Of a stretch of DNA of 64,000 nt, positions 35,101 to 42,513 are shown one piece after another (positions within the stretch are counted from its first letter, which is position 1; every line of letters begins with the position of its first letter). The stretch lies in contig OZ025699.1 in the NCBI GenBank assembly GCA_964019335.1, positions 434,001 to 498,000 on the forward strand. Direction: 5' to 3'. Below the pieces are notes generated by a model, which was given only the letters and a program-made list of their open reading frames with translations, was not told the DNA's origin and ran no database searches. Made by a program: the position numbers and the translations under genes. Origin of the DNA: Diplonema japonicum (taxonomy: Eukaryota; Protista; Euglenozoa: Diplonemea).

Positions 35101-38100
35101 GATGATACCTTGGAGACAGAGGACGGGGACGACGCCTTGTTCGGGGACCACGGGTCTGTGGAGGTGGTATACCTGGAGCTCCCGAACGCCGTAGGGAAGA
35201 CGCGGGAGATCATGCTGGCGCAGGCCACGTCTGCCGGGTTTGGCGGCGTAGACCACCTGTACGGCGGGTCTGGGCGAGACGTGCTCGTAGGCGGTGCAGA
35301 CGGCGATTTCTTGTGGGGCGGGTCAGAACCGGACGTGGTCTTCGGAGATTACGGTGCGTACGACAGCAGCGTGCCGGGTGACTTCACGGCAGCATCGTCC
35401 CTGACGGAAACGGAGCAGGACGGCGGGGATGACGTTGTGTTCGGTGGGTCGGCCAGGGACGTGCTCTTTGGAGGCCAAGGAAGCGACACAATGTATGGTG
35501 AAGAAGGCGAGGACCTCATGTTCGGGGACCACGGCGAAGTGACCGTTAAGGACAGTGCAGGCGAGCTGGAGGCTCTGTCTACGGCGGTCGGGAACTCCGG
35601 GAAGGCAGACACGATGTACGGTGGCAGCGAAGCAGACTTGCTGGTTGGCGGCGCGGGTGGTGACACGATTCAAGGGAACGGTGGCGAGGATACCCTTTTT
35701 GGAGACTTCGGCTCTTACAGCAGGAAAGGCGCTGAGGCTGCAGACCTCGTGCTGGTCTCGATGGCGGAAACGGAGTACCTGAATGGGAACAACGACTCGC
35801 TGGTCGCTGGATCGGAGAACGATGTTGTATTCGGTGGGCAAGGCGAGGACGAGATCAGCGGAGAGGGCGGGCTGGACACCCTGTTCGGAGACCACGGGCA
35901 GGTGCAGCATGCCAGCAACGGCGACTTCGAAGCAGCCTCGACCTCGCCGCTCTCGGGTAACAGTGACACCATCTTCGGTGGAGACAACGAGGACGTGGTC
36001 TTCGGAGGGGTTGGCGACGACACAATTGAAGGAAACGACGCCGCGGACGTGGTGTTTGGAGACTTCGGGTCGTTCACGGCACCGGCACCCGGTCTGAGCA
36101 ACACGGTGAGGAGGACGATGCAGTGCTTGTTCACAGGGGAGACAGGCGGAGACGACGAGATGCACGGAAACGATGGAGACGACGTGATCATCGGAGGCCA
36201 AGGGAAGGACACCATCACCGGGAACCTCGGGGACGACTGGATCCTGTCGGACTGCGGGAAGGTAGAGTACGACCCGTCGAACGACGGCTCCGACCTGCGC
36301 AAGGCACAATCACAGACCCCCACAGTCGGGGACGCAGACGAGGTAAGCGGAGGTCCTGGGAAGGACGTGCTTATCGGCGGGAACATGGGAGACACCTTGA
36401 AGGGCGACGCCGACGAGGACATCCTCATCGGAGACCATGGAAAGGTCGAGACGAGCACGGCAAACGGTCTCGTGATCGTGTCCCTCCCAGAGCTGTCGGC
36501 AGGTGGGGATGACGAACTCTATGGCGGGGCGCAGGACGATGTGCTGCTCGGCGGAGAGGCCGCGGACACGATGCACGGAGGCACAGGGAAGGACTGGCTG
36601 TTCGGCGACCACGGGGAGGTGACTGTGGCCCCCAGTGGGGTGGAGACGCTCAAGACGGTTGAACCGCTGAACGGCGGGGACGACACGATGCACGGAGAGG
36701 AGGAGGAAGACATCATGTTCGGGGGGGCGGCCAACGACACCATGGAAGGCGGGGACAGCGCAGACGTGCTCTTCGGAGACTTCGGGTCGTACACGCTGTC
36801 GGGGACGGTGAAGACGATCACGTCGATTGATACGAACAACCTGTACTTCGGGACCGGGGACGAAATCTACGGCGGGGCTGGGAACGACTTCGTGCTCGGG
36901 GGACAGGGCAAGGACACGATTCAAGGGGACAGCGGAGCGGACTGGATCTTTGGTGACCACGGGACGATCGAGCTGAACTCCGCCGCGAACCTAGAGCGCG
37001 TGCAGTCTATGGACCCCACCCAAGGCGATGCCGACACGATTTACGGCGGCCCAGGGAGGGACTACATATTCGGCGGGACAGGGGGAGACACAATCGAAGG
37101 CGGAGAGCACAACGATGTGATCTTCGGTGACTTCGGGAAGTACGAGACCCTGGTCCCTGGTGCGCTAGGGTTCGTGTCGACATCGACCGCTGTGGCGGAT
37201 GCAGGTGGAGACACGGTTCACGGACAAGGCGGTGACGACTACATGTTCGGTGGCCAGGGTGACGACGAGCTCAGCGGCGGGACAGGTACAGACTGGATCT
37301 TCGGCGACCACGGGCGCGTCATGACTGTCGGGAACAACGACATCACGGCTGAGGTGACAGACCCTGTGAACGGAGGTGGAGACGACGAGATCCACGGAGG
37401 CCCAGAGGACGACATTCTGTTCGGCGGTGCTGGGAATGATGACATGCACGGCGGTGAAGACCATGACGTGATGTTCGGGGACCACGGCAAGTACAGGCGC
37501 CTGCGCGGGCACACCACGTACACCACAACAGAGACGACCTCAAGCAGAGACGGAGGGGATGACGAAATGCACGGGAACTCCGGGAACGACATTCTTTTCG
37601 GTGGGCAGGGTGCGGACAACATGACGGGAGACGCTGGGCTGGACTGGATGTTTGGGGACCATGCACGGGTAGACCTCCTTCCGACTGGGAAGACCCTGGA
37701 ATGTTTCGACTTCGATGCGGCGTCCAGTGGTGCGGACAGGATCCACGGTGGGCTGGGCGACGACTACATCTTCGGAGGAGGGTCTGACGACTTCCTGTAC
37801 GGTGACGGGGACGAGGACGTGGTGTTCGGTGACTTCGGGAAGCTGGAGCAGGCTGCACCGAACTCGGTGTCGGACAGAACCTTCACTGCGATCGCTACGA
37901 GCGAGGCCTCAGGCGGCGCGGACTACATGGAAGGCGGGACGGGAGACGACGTGCTCGTGGGTCAGCAGGGCGGGGACACGATCTTCGGTGGCTCGGGACG
38001 AGACATGGTGTTCGGAGACCAAGCGGTGGTGCTGATGGAAGGGGCAGCGACGCACCGTATCAAGAGGGCAGAGACAATTGACCCCGTGACCGGTCTCGGC

Positions 38101-41094
38101 GGCAGTGACACGATCGACTCAGAGGAGGACGAGGACTTCGTGTTTGGCGGAACAGGAGAGGACACAATCCGAGGCGGGAGCGGCGGGGACGTGCTGCTCG
38201 GGGACCACGGGCTGTTCGACGCGAGCCAGGCTCCTGACAAGCAGTACACGTCGATCTTCACAGCAGACGCAGACATGGGCGGTGCAGACACCATCTACGG
38301 AGAAGAGGGCGACGACTTCATCATCGGGCAGCAAGGAAACGACCACATCTACGGTGGTCCGGGCCAGGACGATATCACCGGCGGGCACAACGTGCTGCAC
38401 GGGTCCGACGGGTCCGACACGATCGAAGGCGGGGCAGACGCAGACGTGATCCTCGGGGACAACGGGGTGATTGGGCGGGACCTCATTGAGTCTTCCCCCG
38501 TGGGCGTGACGTCCCCGTTCGAGCACACAAAAAGGTGGAGGCTGCACCCCACAATCCTTGGCAGGGGCTTCGACGACGTGCGGAGGTCGGTGCAGCGCTT
38601 TGACGACGTGGACGAAATCTTCGGGAACGACGTGGTGTATGGCGGAAGGGGGGCAGACATTATCCACGGGCAGCGCGGGGACGACGTGCTCAGCGGTGAC
38701 GAGGGCGACGACGAGATCTTCGGGGAGCTCGGTGACGACACGTTGAACGGTGGGGACGGGGACGACGTGCTCCTCGGTGACGTCGGGCACGTGGTGCGCG
38801 CCCTGAACTCGGATAACGGGAAGCCGAGGATGAACCCAAAGCACAACAACTGGCACAAGGACATCGTGCTGGAGGAGCCCGCGACAGTGACGAGCTGGCT
38901 GCCGACCTGGAAGACAGTCCTGTCGACCCCCGAGAAGGCAGCGGCGATGTTGCAGACGGACCTGCTCGTTGCGATGGGCGGGTACAATAATGTGAACCCC
39001 ATCAGCGGGGAACTCGGCACAAAGACCCTGGCTCCAACAAGCGGGCGTTTCCAGCCTTGGGAAACCGCAATGGTTGGAATGAGGTTCAAGCAGCCTGGAA
39101 ACGACGAGCTGAACGGAAACGACGGTGACGACATCCTCATCGGGCAGCGTGGGGATGACGAGCTGAACGGGAACGACGGGGAGGACTTGCTGTACGGGGA
39201 CGATGTGTCCTCCGCTTACCACTACGACGCGTGCTTGCCACTCGTCTCGAAGGTGGTGCGGGTGCTCTCGGTAGAGGAAGACGCCTCGCACAGCCCGCCT
39301 CTTGCGACTGCGCAGTTCGGGACTGCGATCCACATCCCGGTGCATCTGGACCCTGAGCAGGTGACAAGGTCATCCGCGATGAGATCGTTGGAGAGGGCTG
39401 CAATCGGGACGGTGCTGCCGAACGCCCTATTGGAGATGCACCGCGCTGTGGGGGTGAGCGACCTCTCAAGGACGGACGGCGCTTCAAGGCGGGTGATGCG
39501 CGCTTTCGCTGGCGTTGTCCCGGACGCGGCGCGGCACAGGCACATGGTGGCAGGGAACGACGTGCTGAACGGAGGCGAGGGCGCGGACGTCCTGGTGGGG
39601 GACACAGCCCTTCACCACGCGATGGTGCACTTCCCGCAAAAGGAGATGGTGGAGCTCAGAGAGGACACTGCCGCGAGGTGGGAAGAGCTGCAGTACCGAT
39701 TCTCGAGGATGTCGACAGACGTTGGCACCTACCAGCATGAGGAAGGCACCTACAGCCTCCCTGCCGATGTGAGGGTGGGAGGGGACACCATCAACGGCGG
39801 GAGCGGTCACGACATGCTTGCAGGCGACTCGATGGAGGTGATCGTCGATGTTGTCTGGATGAACGACATGAGCCCCTTCTACGCGGGCGATGCCGTCGAG
39901 GGGGTCATGCGCTCGCTCCACGACTTCGCCATCCTTGCGAGCGACATGTCCCACGCTGTCTTTGAGGCCCACCACGCAGTCGTCGAACGCCTCTACGCCA
40001 GCAGACGCACGGGCTCTGCAGCCCCCGAGCTCCGTCTTCACACCTCGAACGACAACCTCTTCGGCGGGCAGGGCAACGACGTGGTGGTGGGAGACTCCCT
40101 TCTTGTCGTGGCGAAAGCCGTGTTGAAGCACGGGCGGGAATTCAACGACGGCCCTAACAACGGCGACAGGAGGTTCCGCGACCTTGGGAGGCACTTGCAA
40201 GGCGCGCTTGAAGACCACGTGAGGTGGCACTTCCACCCTTCACGCGACATCAGCAAAGGGACCTTGAAGAGAAGGTTCCAACACAAGTGGGACAGCCTCC
40301 CGTACACGAGGTGGGGTGCTGACGAGGTGTCCGGCGACGAGGGAGCCGATGTTCTGATCGGCGACTTCGGGACGGTGTACGTGAACACCTTTGCAGGAGT
40401 GCACGCACGTCCTGTCACAAGGCGCGACTTTAAGGAGATCGACCAGGCACAGATGGAGTATCTGAGGCAGGTCGGGGACGAGATGGAGCACCGCGTGACA
40501 GGCTCCGAGGAGAGGCGTCAGCTGGCTCACCACCGCAACCAAGCAATGCGGCCATATGGACACATCGTCCTGTACCACGACAAGGGGTACGGGGACGCAC
40601 ATGGGGAGCCGGACTCGGGGAGCATGTCGGACAGCATCTCGGGCGGCTCGGGAAGCGATCTGTTGGTGGCGAACAATGCTGGCGTGGTGGTACCTGTGCT
40701 GCACGGGACAGGGCGTGTCATCAATAACAGGGAGGTGAAGGTTGTCAGGGACGGCCGTCTTTTCTTGCCGACCTCGCAGTGGGGACGCATCAAAGAGACG
40801 CTGAAGGACCGCACCGCCGACAGGGATGAGTTGAATGGAGAGGGCGGCGTAGACTTCATCTACTCCGAGGAAGCCGACAGAGTGATCCGGACGTCTGGTG
40901 ATCGTATGGAGCGTAGTGCCCACAGCCTCAGGGACGATGCTCGGGAGGTTTTTGTCAACACTGCCATGTCTGCATTCACTGATATGTGTTTCTTCGAGGT
41001 CAGCAACGCAGGGGTGCCTAAGCCGCATTCGCCGCTGCCTGACGTGGTCCCAACCACTTCTGAGGGTGTCTTCGGCCTTGTCAGCCCTCCGTGA
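20131..41094 (+). CDS. ~6990-aa secreted RTX-like calcium-binding giant protein (adhesin-like)
   Basis: First ATG at 20131 with signal peptide MGTSRSVAVLTAAVAAFAWTAEG. Dozens of GGxGxDxUxG / FGDHG hemolysin-type repeats, mainly ~34500-40900. Calx-beta/cadherin-like modules (NWDQPRTVTV, DDGKVEG) at ~32000-33050. No introns. Confidence 0.92.
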   Translation: MGTSRSVAVLTAAVAAFAWTAEGVGVTEPCTKLATSYHVRVKDAVDAVAQVAAKAESRIGSTALSLLGGAQTVSELGLPIKSLNFSTVMQDLLLGESELLIADISSALAKSDTKVGCSRNTKTGTLLLSFEVDKKVPVSFGADLDTLPDLSSLGITTFGGPLSFSGTAGVLFNLTVSMEPEANGAVGISFPVAEATFDGTATLAATTISWKDVASATVEGSISVSGGKIGFFFPSATGGTDLVNRLAEVRVSSKMAAVEAQLPVALEAAAPVGQLPSPIFSVVDDNVFDSAKPQVSVDVDITGMEETILGLLEQLGKVDLPLNEFGLTGVNVPGLTDVSQLVSGFNALLQLRPVAEEYFLLYRDGLVSGVPTFKGLTQFLKQAIPVPQTETSMSASGVVLTGGWYPDANEVSMNVRLEASADKSLLSLTDMAQGTIGDMEQLQVLFDLLGVSSSPDGAAMSFDVPDFSTEMVFEASAVIDVTLGLNTQFINDGVLTGKALALNSFMRVNEVKAFVNIGLDPINFETLLPGDVKLGLDGGLFKVGLGFDADFSGSPADDTGSVADDPTSAPTTDVEVVTEITLLQLQAGGATAVLDFLKQLKLVPYASIDTVLPVELTTGFTGDQSLIPVVELHHTALLNNASLPSFSLDMDLSMLVPSLPRGRGEVTGHTGSRTDFFKDVTAQLGELLNGVADVDIPIPSLSSIPGVGSILSGFKGKVDFFTVFDEYVTLLSLFRELNGGLSMDLTIDTTAATELIKTTKFQLDILGKMSETMPSIFGRFDTGLLDPDTDELFDVLNYLSHFQYYYELAPTIASADNSWGVAHLARFMSLHPDFTLSKKMALALKRLSGVNGFDTLDEAGFPIDASRVRFNPLTYLSAIKEKLKITTSTFNLNDLSVILGSATASLGDNTGFQQAIFDMLSARFSSVFSRFSTVSGTFNLPMDSLTGEVFSFMNFLPEVGTLLGLGEVGVTLADIEALFGRNPTVAGFVRYLQKRLLNGMELGITVGPVSFDAGVTMQGGRTKLALALGLDFAASATPSKLLESLKAALTGILDLVGADSVVQSVGNIGQGLDNILPDLDSALTLSASMQLNMEAGLDVTDLISSGAAPTVFAQVNGLSFAVQVALVDYDATLDFGSDDFKFELKAADLDLSFGVSSNATEEAPAVIVDGQNGVDFSLGPLVNSLTMKGSLDARVPLTGGILGSNSVIIEVADPALFDLTRPKFSVDVTIPRELVAVLQQGLSTVSTAADTVRGISAFDETIPLVNRSLNGLLKSEGLGPDWADFLDWKGPLETLLEQYPDCVSTEGAACPTARELLAINKEHMQNLTRVAVVAAEGVPPFSIDVGQVGGEFQIEVALNGRFEIAVTPPIGELIDEDDFEFTGTGFLQVGIDFSFGMGLKVNASAGLSKVTSSDISVAVKDFKATMEVIANVDASVKVGILSASVSGGNGNLTVGFEGTVANGDYVPLNMFGGFVVQKAGSLDACLPFTASIGGADLGQIAGGTGETPQICVRDAEVFVAPGPNIEAKNMDRLFDFRGFGPMQVLGVLRGLANFLGEFRTSPVFDLPVPLTDIDLGDILDFTDEFTTALTAKLVKPQPAADRQSLSICIGGNAFLPEWNVSGGNDSLAYLSSLDRKVLAIALNLGDATVVSLDESALAAAVTIDEVVISVNHSLYQAGLHKSVEVNKVVDGEGEAIELCTLAAVQATDLETFVSLKKTGKNAYNDSEEAGVVSVLGIENGALVSVPRVPSFSNVPELVEVLAVALGLDESIVSVTFDAYVDEHGIVDNSKRELMIHAQLPLVLPSPAVSLALGAEVEPLLEVDASADFILETTMDLSFDFGVRLGASAGNLSVLGTPSVGVLNFTIEEALTFDVLIDKVAYPVSLAKETVFIDELETNIRAVSALLASPKKIKVLTFGETFLIQTFGAKRLELRVSEAFETATGLGNELVKTQLFEPAFRNVAFSGDVALKVSDLSMSATFAVLEAAAYDGNGEISAHLEAAIGTDGRTVTLQEMRTTLLEDPFGLISANATLKCNLSAPEVIVGVPKIGSVSAAVEIYLNPPYKVSLAKDFALPNGSNFVIAVDAPALPNLSDLRNLSLSEIVGLIRTGVDIVFGSNDVPQSISGIVGSTGIAGLLDKEIPIAGFTAGEVITEIQQLLAEVETVLAGLESGNLNALEDLIEGVLKLPDDNRDDCYKSCLLEFEWDTVANAIITKLNYELSAPVLDLAFELDLEDLMNLAGVDIAAAGLDGLTDMVDVSGQVRMAFKGKARLALEVGATMTNPPQLFIGGGTGLFVDVWASASGELQVMLGPFEFGIDQAAVSIDADGVPGVQSANPATFSFSLTDGVNYPLSSGVSNIIGGFGVELSGKAGVSLQFSIFPDEPLAFSIPSLSSFMRRTPETNLSSLVVMKGNAIQNLFDTLGSKFAEVSPIKVLLTDKEAMINGLNSMLTKINLAITGAEGLLGDLAIPMIGDKLREGLASKLISRFQDQLITKVTTFMNDVSCLGGEAECKDKNNNMATFLAQVLHTLFNTEMEILLDAETEEKAVDEHAIKIKVRKEDGTDMTADVLDPVTRILNDDADLSEADAVEWNVLLGTTDEFTDAFEFDLGLDDNIPLELNMSTGVSLLIGWRFRLFFGMSLTRGFYLNVEHTEAEVFAGLSFPDLEINGKLIILEAAVKNRQDATRLFGSLSIDVGDLDADNYLTFKEIKSGGKNLLSMSYEFAATMEMDMTLGVAGGAEGMPRFKAGLYTYLGVSDTVSASKASSQSGVGLPSTVPSNFKVITTPPVMSGTFLILDVTLDLGKFVTELLNPIFGKLSGLLKPLTPILDALGKPLPVISDIAKRDVSLFELPEMLINGLLGSGGPVRGYVTGVLDYLTAISDMIELIKLIIEVVDEIATNPPDSFKVEFGDFEIGGVNGFSRYAGVRPGTFATTTRSAAILEDLDAVPASATNQGSNKMKRLLASLTDSGKVFYLPFLSASGVMKLITGDDVDLFIINSPTLDIDVVVDFWIPLGPWITIDIYGAFRFKAHIAVGYDTSGIRRAVASKPFNPLLALDGFFISDTDTPDGKGVDVPELYSKGVLKLGATLNLLLVRASAEGRFSFEGSVDLFDPNDDGKIRFSEIKSIIEKGSFLDIFNIKIKMCAGATLKIELFNPFVNWKCKWFFCWPRGRWDTKWSYTKDVCFLEIDTTPEPLPILAPQDQSTLRLNVGPNAGERKYQNTKDFGEYMTVRHVDGTSGSESVEVLFGTPPSGTQEDNRLQSEFQGIGTYDGQGGRFGDTFLLVNPVGRGSFSGDYGAGKAAADNSKDRLIFDWASYGDKLPAGTIEADRVTGFGLGAGGVSFDHFEEVVFRFPDQTDTITVTGSPAGAKTFLYLNGGSDRVSVTQQTALDGELHVVGGNGQDTLVVQVPSNAGSQTGSLTEKEVKGLGIPGRLFYSEMELVIVDLGTGDDQFVVESTVAGTSVSVKATGGADTITVGAGTVNNIRSPLSVTGDHGKTSTVVFDDTADTSGTQRGYLTDANMQGLGLFGEGVLYSSFGSMIVKLSTQNKNVFEVRGTHFGSVKVMGGDEADELTVSAIKGPTTVLGGSGADTLAIPLTLEGDVRINTITSSLTLDGQLGDDHVSIGMAGTGTSRVTVTDSGFFDTNGKEKNTLEINGTPFEDQFLIRYNFIALIHNTGATRSAERIDMDRGINNGITINGHDGADTFASDSTSGIITLNGGAGDDRFLVGQLYNAIRDSVHIPGIEDVFNTTRTTEGYLSDGNNFHLNANGEAGEDTFVVMRNKATLSLRGGVGNDRFTVRAFALWDAEDQTKPDPEIQKTEVVTDEGDDTVFYTINAPVSIDGGPGFDTLVAIGTDLPDTFVITRDGIYGAGLYITFTGIESVELTTLAGDDTVYVLSTAEQVQTSVFMGLGSDAIYVTPSMSEAVDSNDLKGHSGVINHLVTSAADADYNNLEAHGISANVADDEASDIVFNTPTLITLEEGGAVRKAVYTARLTKRITAEVTVGVVVPSAPSQIKNGASVTVSPDFLVFSPGANWDQPRTVTVTVVSYDRAVEGNEVVFLGHNVVQLPDNNNGYDTRVVEAMPVRIIDRDENEIYVVEPDSHGLKISETGLGSIGKSVTYEIVLKPCPFPVSSKPVQIVAEYDSEQVSVSPASFYLTTATGCRQTVTVTSEDDGKVEGFHYTTVQHNVITENPVYKTKSVGYVSIQILDNEAPGVVVLESEGSTNVLEGGYTDTYLVYLTMAPEGEVTVTADVAKTYAKVSAEESKQVTVLPEQLTFTSSDYFKPQTVTVTAIDDSEEDDSTIKQFPSQPALAYQIQGPLTAGGGEAPEATGLLDPIMLPDETDAAFFPGIDNQWLNVVESEQVDTMVIQNTGGFLPTLTTLVEGRVTGMGMGADRNLAGEIIPGGVTYIDIETVVVNLGAAVDTVIVNGTHTGSTYLNAGKSKDNITVLGVDGPTYVVGGEGDDDITVGDENGLLVNINDVVAVIGGSGTDTLTVRNGGGNPGNTAGVLTQSDITGLGMTAARPAGSLVLQELRVKGSGGSFGIEFSFNATTYPLTFAVGVSAQDMEDQLQAAILPVGKRDTCGKAGRSRCTQAFKVDKVDDETYLVKYQGEVAGPTTDITSLRLDLSGVTGAEHEYLAGVDVSSRPRFSGVTYGEVESLAIDMGVTAKDVLNVRGTSIPTRVRTFGGDDTIAISSDAGLADWFAAEAATSLQGWMKYVESPLVLDMGTGSNRLMVSDSKGEAKANVRLLAGSIRNLAPADINYLGNFTRGISFWLSEHDDVVALESTTGADGETRTVTTVNAGAGKDTITVSLKAGSDGFAVVHGEEGNDVINATGSSLPLLLLGGADDDRILAGSSDDIIFGDDGFVRYGAAGSGYILGHPHLATAPLTGAVELPSVAFTDHCSAGGNDEIICVGASSEVVFGGLGNDNITTDSGLDVVLGDFGSVTYDEQGRVKQAATTCASMGGNDILKTRASDDIALGGTGDDTLETEDGDDALFGDHGSVEVVYLELPNAVGKTREIMLAQATSAGFGGVDHLYGGSGRDVLVGGADGDFLWGGSEPDVVFGDYGAYDSSVPGDFTAASSLTETEQDGGDDVVFGGSARDVLFGGQGSDTMYGEEGEDLMFGDHGEVTVKDSAGELEALSTAVGNSGKADTMYGGSEADLLVGGAGGDTIQGNGGEDTLFGDFGSYSRKGAEAADLVLVSMAETEYLNGNNDSLVAGSENDVVFGGQGEDEISGEGGLDTLFGDHGQVQHASNGDFEAASTSPLSGNSDTIFGGDNEDVVFGGVGDDTIEGNDAADVVFGDFGSFTAPAPGLSNTVRRTMQCLFTGETGGDDEMHGNDGDDVIIGGQGKDTITGNLGDDWILSDCGKVEYDPSNDGSDLRKAQSQTPTVGDADEVSGGPGKDVLIGGNMGDTLKGDADEDILIGDHGKVETSTANGLVIVSLPELSAGGDDELYGGAQDDVLLGGEAADTMHGGTGKDWLFGDHGEVTVAPSGVETLKTVEPLNGGDDTMHGEEEEDIMFGGAANDTMEGGDSADVLFGDFGSYTLSGTVKTITSIDTNNLYFGTGDEIYGGAGNDFVLGGQGKDTIQGDSGADWIFGDHGTIELNSAANLERVQSMDPTQGDADTIYGGPGRDYIFGGTGGDTIEGGEHNDVIFGDFGKYETLVPGALGFVSTSTAVADAGGDTVHGQGGDDYMFGGQGDDELSGGTGTDWIFGDHGRVMTVGNNDITAEVTDPVNGGGDDEIHGGPEDDILFGGAGNDDMHGGEDHDVMFGDHGKYRRLRGHTTYTTTETTSSRDGGDDEMHGNSGNDILFGGQGADNMTGDAGLDWMFGDHARVDLLPTGKTLECFDFDAASSGADRIHGGLGDDYIFGGGSDDFLYGDGDEDVVFGDFGKLEQAAPNSVSDRTFTAIATSEASGGADYMEGGTGDDVLVGQQGGDTIFGGSGRDMVFGDQAVVLMEGAATHRIKRAETIDPVTGLGGSDTIDSEEDEDFVFGGTGEDTIRGGSGGDVLLGDHGLFDASQAPDKQYTSIFTADADMGGADTIYGEEGDDFIIGQQGNDHIYGGPGQDDITGGHNVLHGSDGSDTIEGGADADVILGDNGVIGRDLIESSPVGVTSPFEHTKRWRLHPTILGRGFDDVRRSVQRFDDVDEIFGNDVVYGGRGADIIHGQRGDDVLSGDEGDDEIFGELGDDTLNGGDGDDVLLGDVGHVVRALNSDNGKPRMNPKHNNWHKDIVLEEPATVTSWLPTWKTVLSTPEKAAAMLQTDLLVAMGGYNNVNPISGELGTKTLAPTSGRFQPWETAMVGMRFKQPGNDELNGNDGDDILIGQRGDDELNGNDGEDLLYGDDVSSAYHYDACLPLVSKVVRVLSVEEDASHSPPLATAQFGTAIHIPVHLDPEQVTRSSAMRSLERAAIGTVLPNALLEMHRAVGVSDLSRTDGASRRVMRAFAGVVPDAARHRHMVAGNDVLNGGEGADVLVGDTALHHAMVHFPQKEMVELREDTAARWEELQYRFSRMSTDVGTYQHEEGTYSLPADVRVGGDTINGGSGHDMLAGDSMEVIVDVVWMNDMSPFYAGDAVEGVMRSLHDFAILASDMSHAVFEAHHAVVERLYASRRTGSAAPELRLHTSNDNLFGGQGNDVVVGDSLLVVAKAVLKHGREFNDGPNNGDRRFRDLGRHLQGALEDHVRWHFHPSRDISKGTLKRRFQHKWDSLPYTRWGADEVSGDEGADVLIGDFGTVYVNTFAGVHARPVTRRDFKEIDQAQMEYLRQVGDEMEHRVTGSEERRQLAHHRNQAMRPYGHIVLYHDKGYGDAHGEPDSGSMSDSISGGSGSDLLVANNAGVVVPVLHGTGRVINNREVKVVRDGRLFLPTSQWGRIKETLKDRTADRDELNGEGGVDFIYSEEADRVIRTSGDRMERSAHSLRDDAREVFVNTAMSAFTDMCFFEVSNAGVPKPHSPLPDVVPTTSEGVFGLVSPP

Positions 41095-42513
41095 GAAGGG
41101 TGTTTGAAAAAAAAAAAAAGAGAGAGAATAGTAGACTCGTACCCCCTCCCATTTTTACTGAATTCCGATCTAATCAAAAAGGAGTTCTAAATGCTTTATT
41201 TTTTTTCTCTTCTCTTCTACAAGAGAAAAAAAAAAAAGAAATTATTTTTTTTATTATGCCCCTTGTGCTTTTGTGCCGAGCAAAAAGTTTTTTTTTTTTT
41301 TTCTACTTTTACTCGTGCGAAACAACAAATGCACACATGTCATAATAAGAATTTTTTTTTTCTTCCTTTTTCTCTCTCTCACTTTTTCTTTCTTTTATTT
41401 CCCTTCCCTTCTATTACAACCAAAAAAAAAAAAGGGGGTTTCTCAGAGCTCTTCGTAGCTGGACCCCTTCTATCTTATACTTCAAAAAATACCCCCTTCC
41501 CTTCCCTCCCCCATTCCAATTATTTTTTTTGTTTCTTTACCTTCTTTTCCCCCCCTTTTCTTTTGTTACGACTTCTGCCTTTTGTTGGCTGCTCTAGACA
41601 GGTATTGAGGCAAAAGCCGCCATCTTTCTTAGAATGAAGCCCTCAGTTCCACAGCCCACTCTGTGGGCTGTGAGGAAAAGCCATCGTTCTTCTTTTATGT
41701 GCGGTGCCGACTGGCCAGGAGCTTGGCAGCTGTTTTTGCTTGAGTCGTTCCTTTCCTTTCTTTTTTTTTTTTTTTTTTTCTTTCTCTTTTTCTTTTTTAA
41801 ATTCCATTTTTAAAACCTAAACAGTGCGCATCTCCCTTGCATACTGAAAATTTTATCGAAAAATCTTAAAATCTCATATACATCAGCTGCTACGGCAGCT
41901 GAAGGGCTCTCTATTCCCCGCACCCCGCCCCGCCCCACCCCTCTTATTGCTCCCATTGAAAATTTCCCAGCTGGTTGCAGTTGTTTTCCCGCTTTTTTTT
42001 TTTTTTTTTTTAAATTTTCTTTTTTTTTTTTTTTTCTGGTTTCTTTCTGTTCTTTTATATTTATAAATATATATAGATAGATATATATATTTCTTTTTCT
42101 TCTTTTTATTTTCTCTTTTTTTTTTTTTTTTTTTTTTGCAAGAAAAGGATATGTTGGCTGGATATCTACATTCCCAATTCCCCCTTTTTTTTTCCCCCCA
42201 CTGCCTTGCTCGAGAACATTCGAGCAGATGTAGAAAAGGTAGAGAGAAACCGAAAGAAGAAGACGACAATGGCAACAAAAAAAAAAGGAAAAAAAAAAAA
42301 AGGAAAAAAAAAGCGGCTTTATTTTTTCTCGGCAAAATGAATAGTAAAACAACTGTGCATCTCCCCCCTCCCCCCCCCCCCCCCTCCCTCCCCTTTTCTT
42401 CTTCCTCTTTTTCTTGTCCCTCCCTCCCTCCTTCCTTTCTTTTTTTTCCCCCCCCTCTCTTTCTCTCCCCGTTTTACCGCACAGTTCCCACCCCCCCCAA
42501 AAAAAATAAAAAC

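Noticed and set aside
41091-42513. Lys/Phe-rich ORFs here and at 43945-44556, 49926-51388, 59168-59749 and 62918-63946
   Set aside because: Translations of A/T homopolymers and microsatellites, not proteins.
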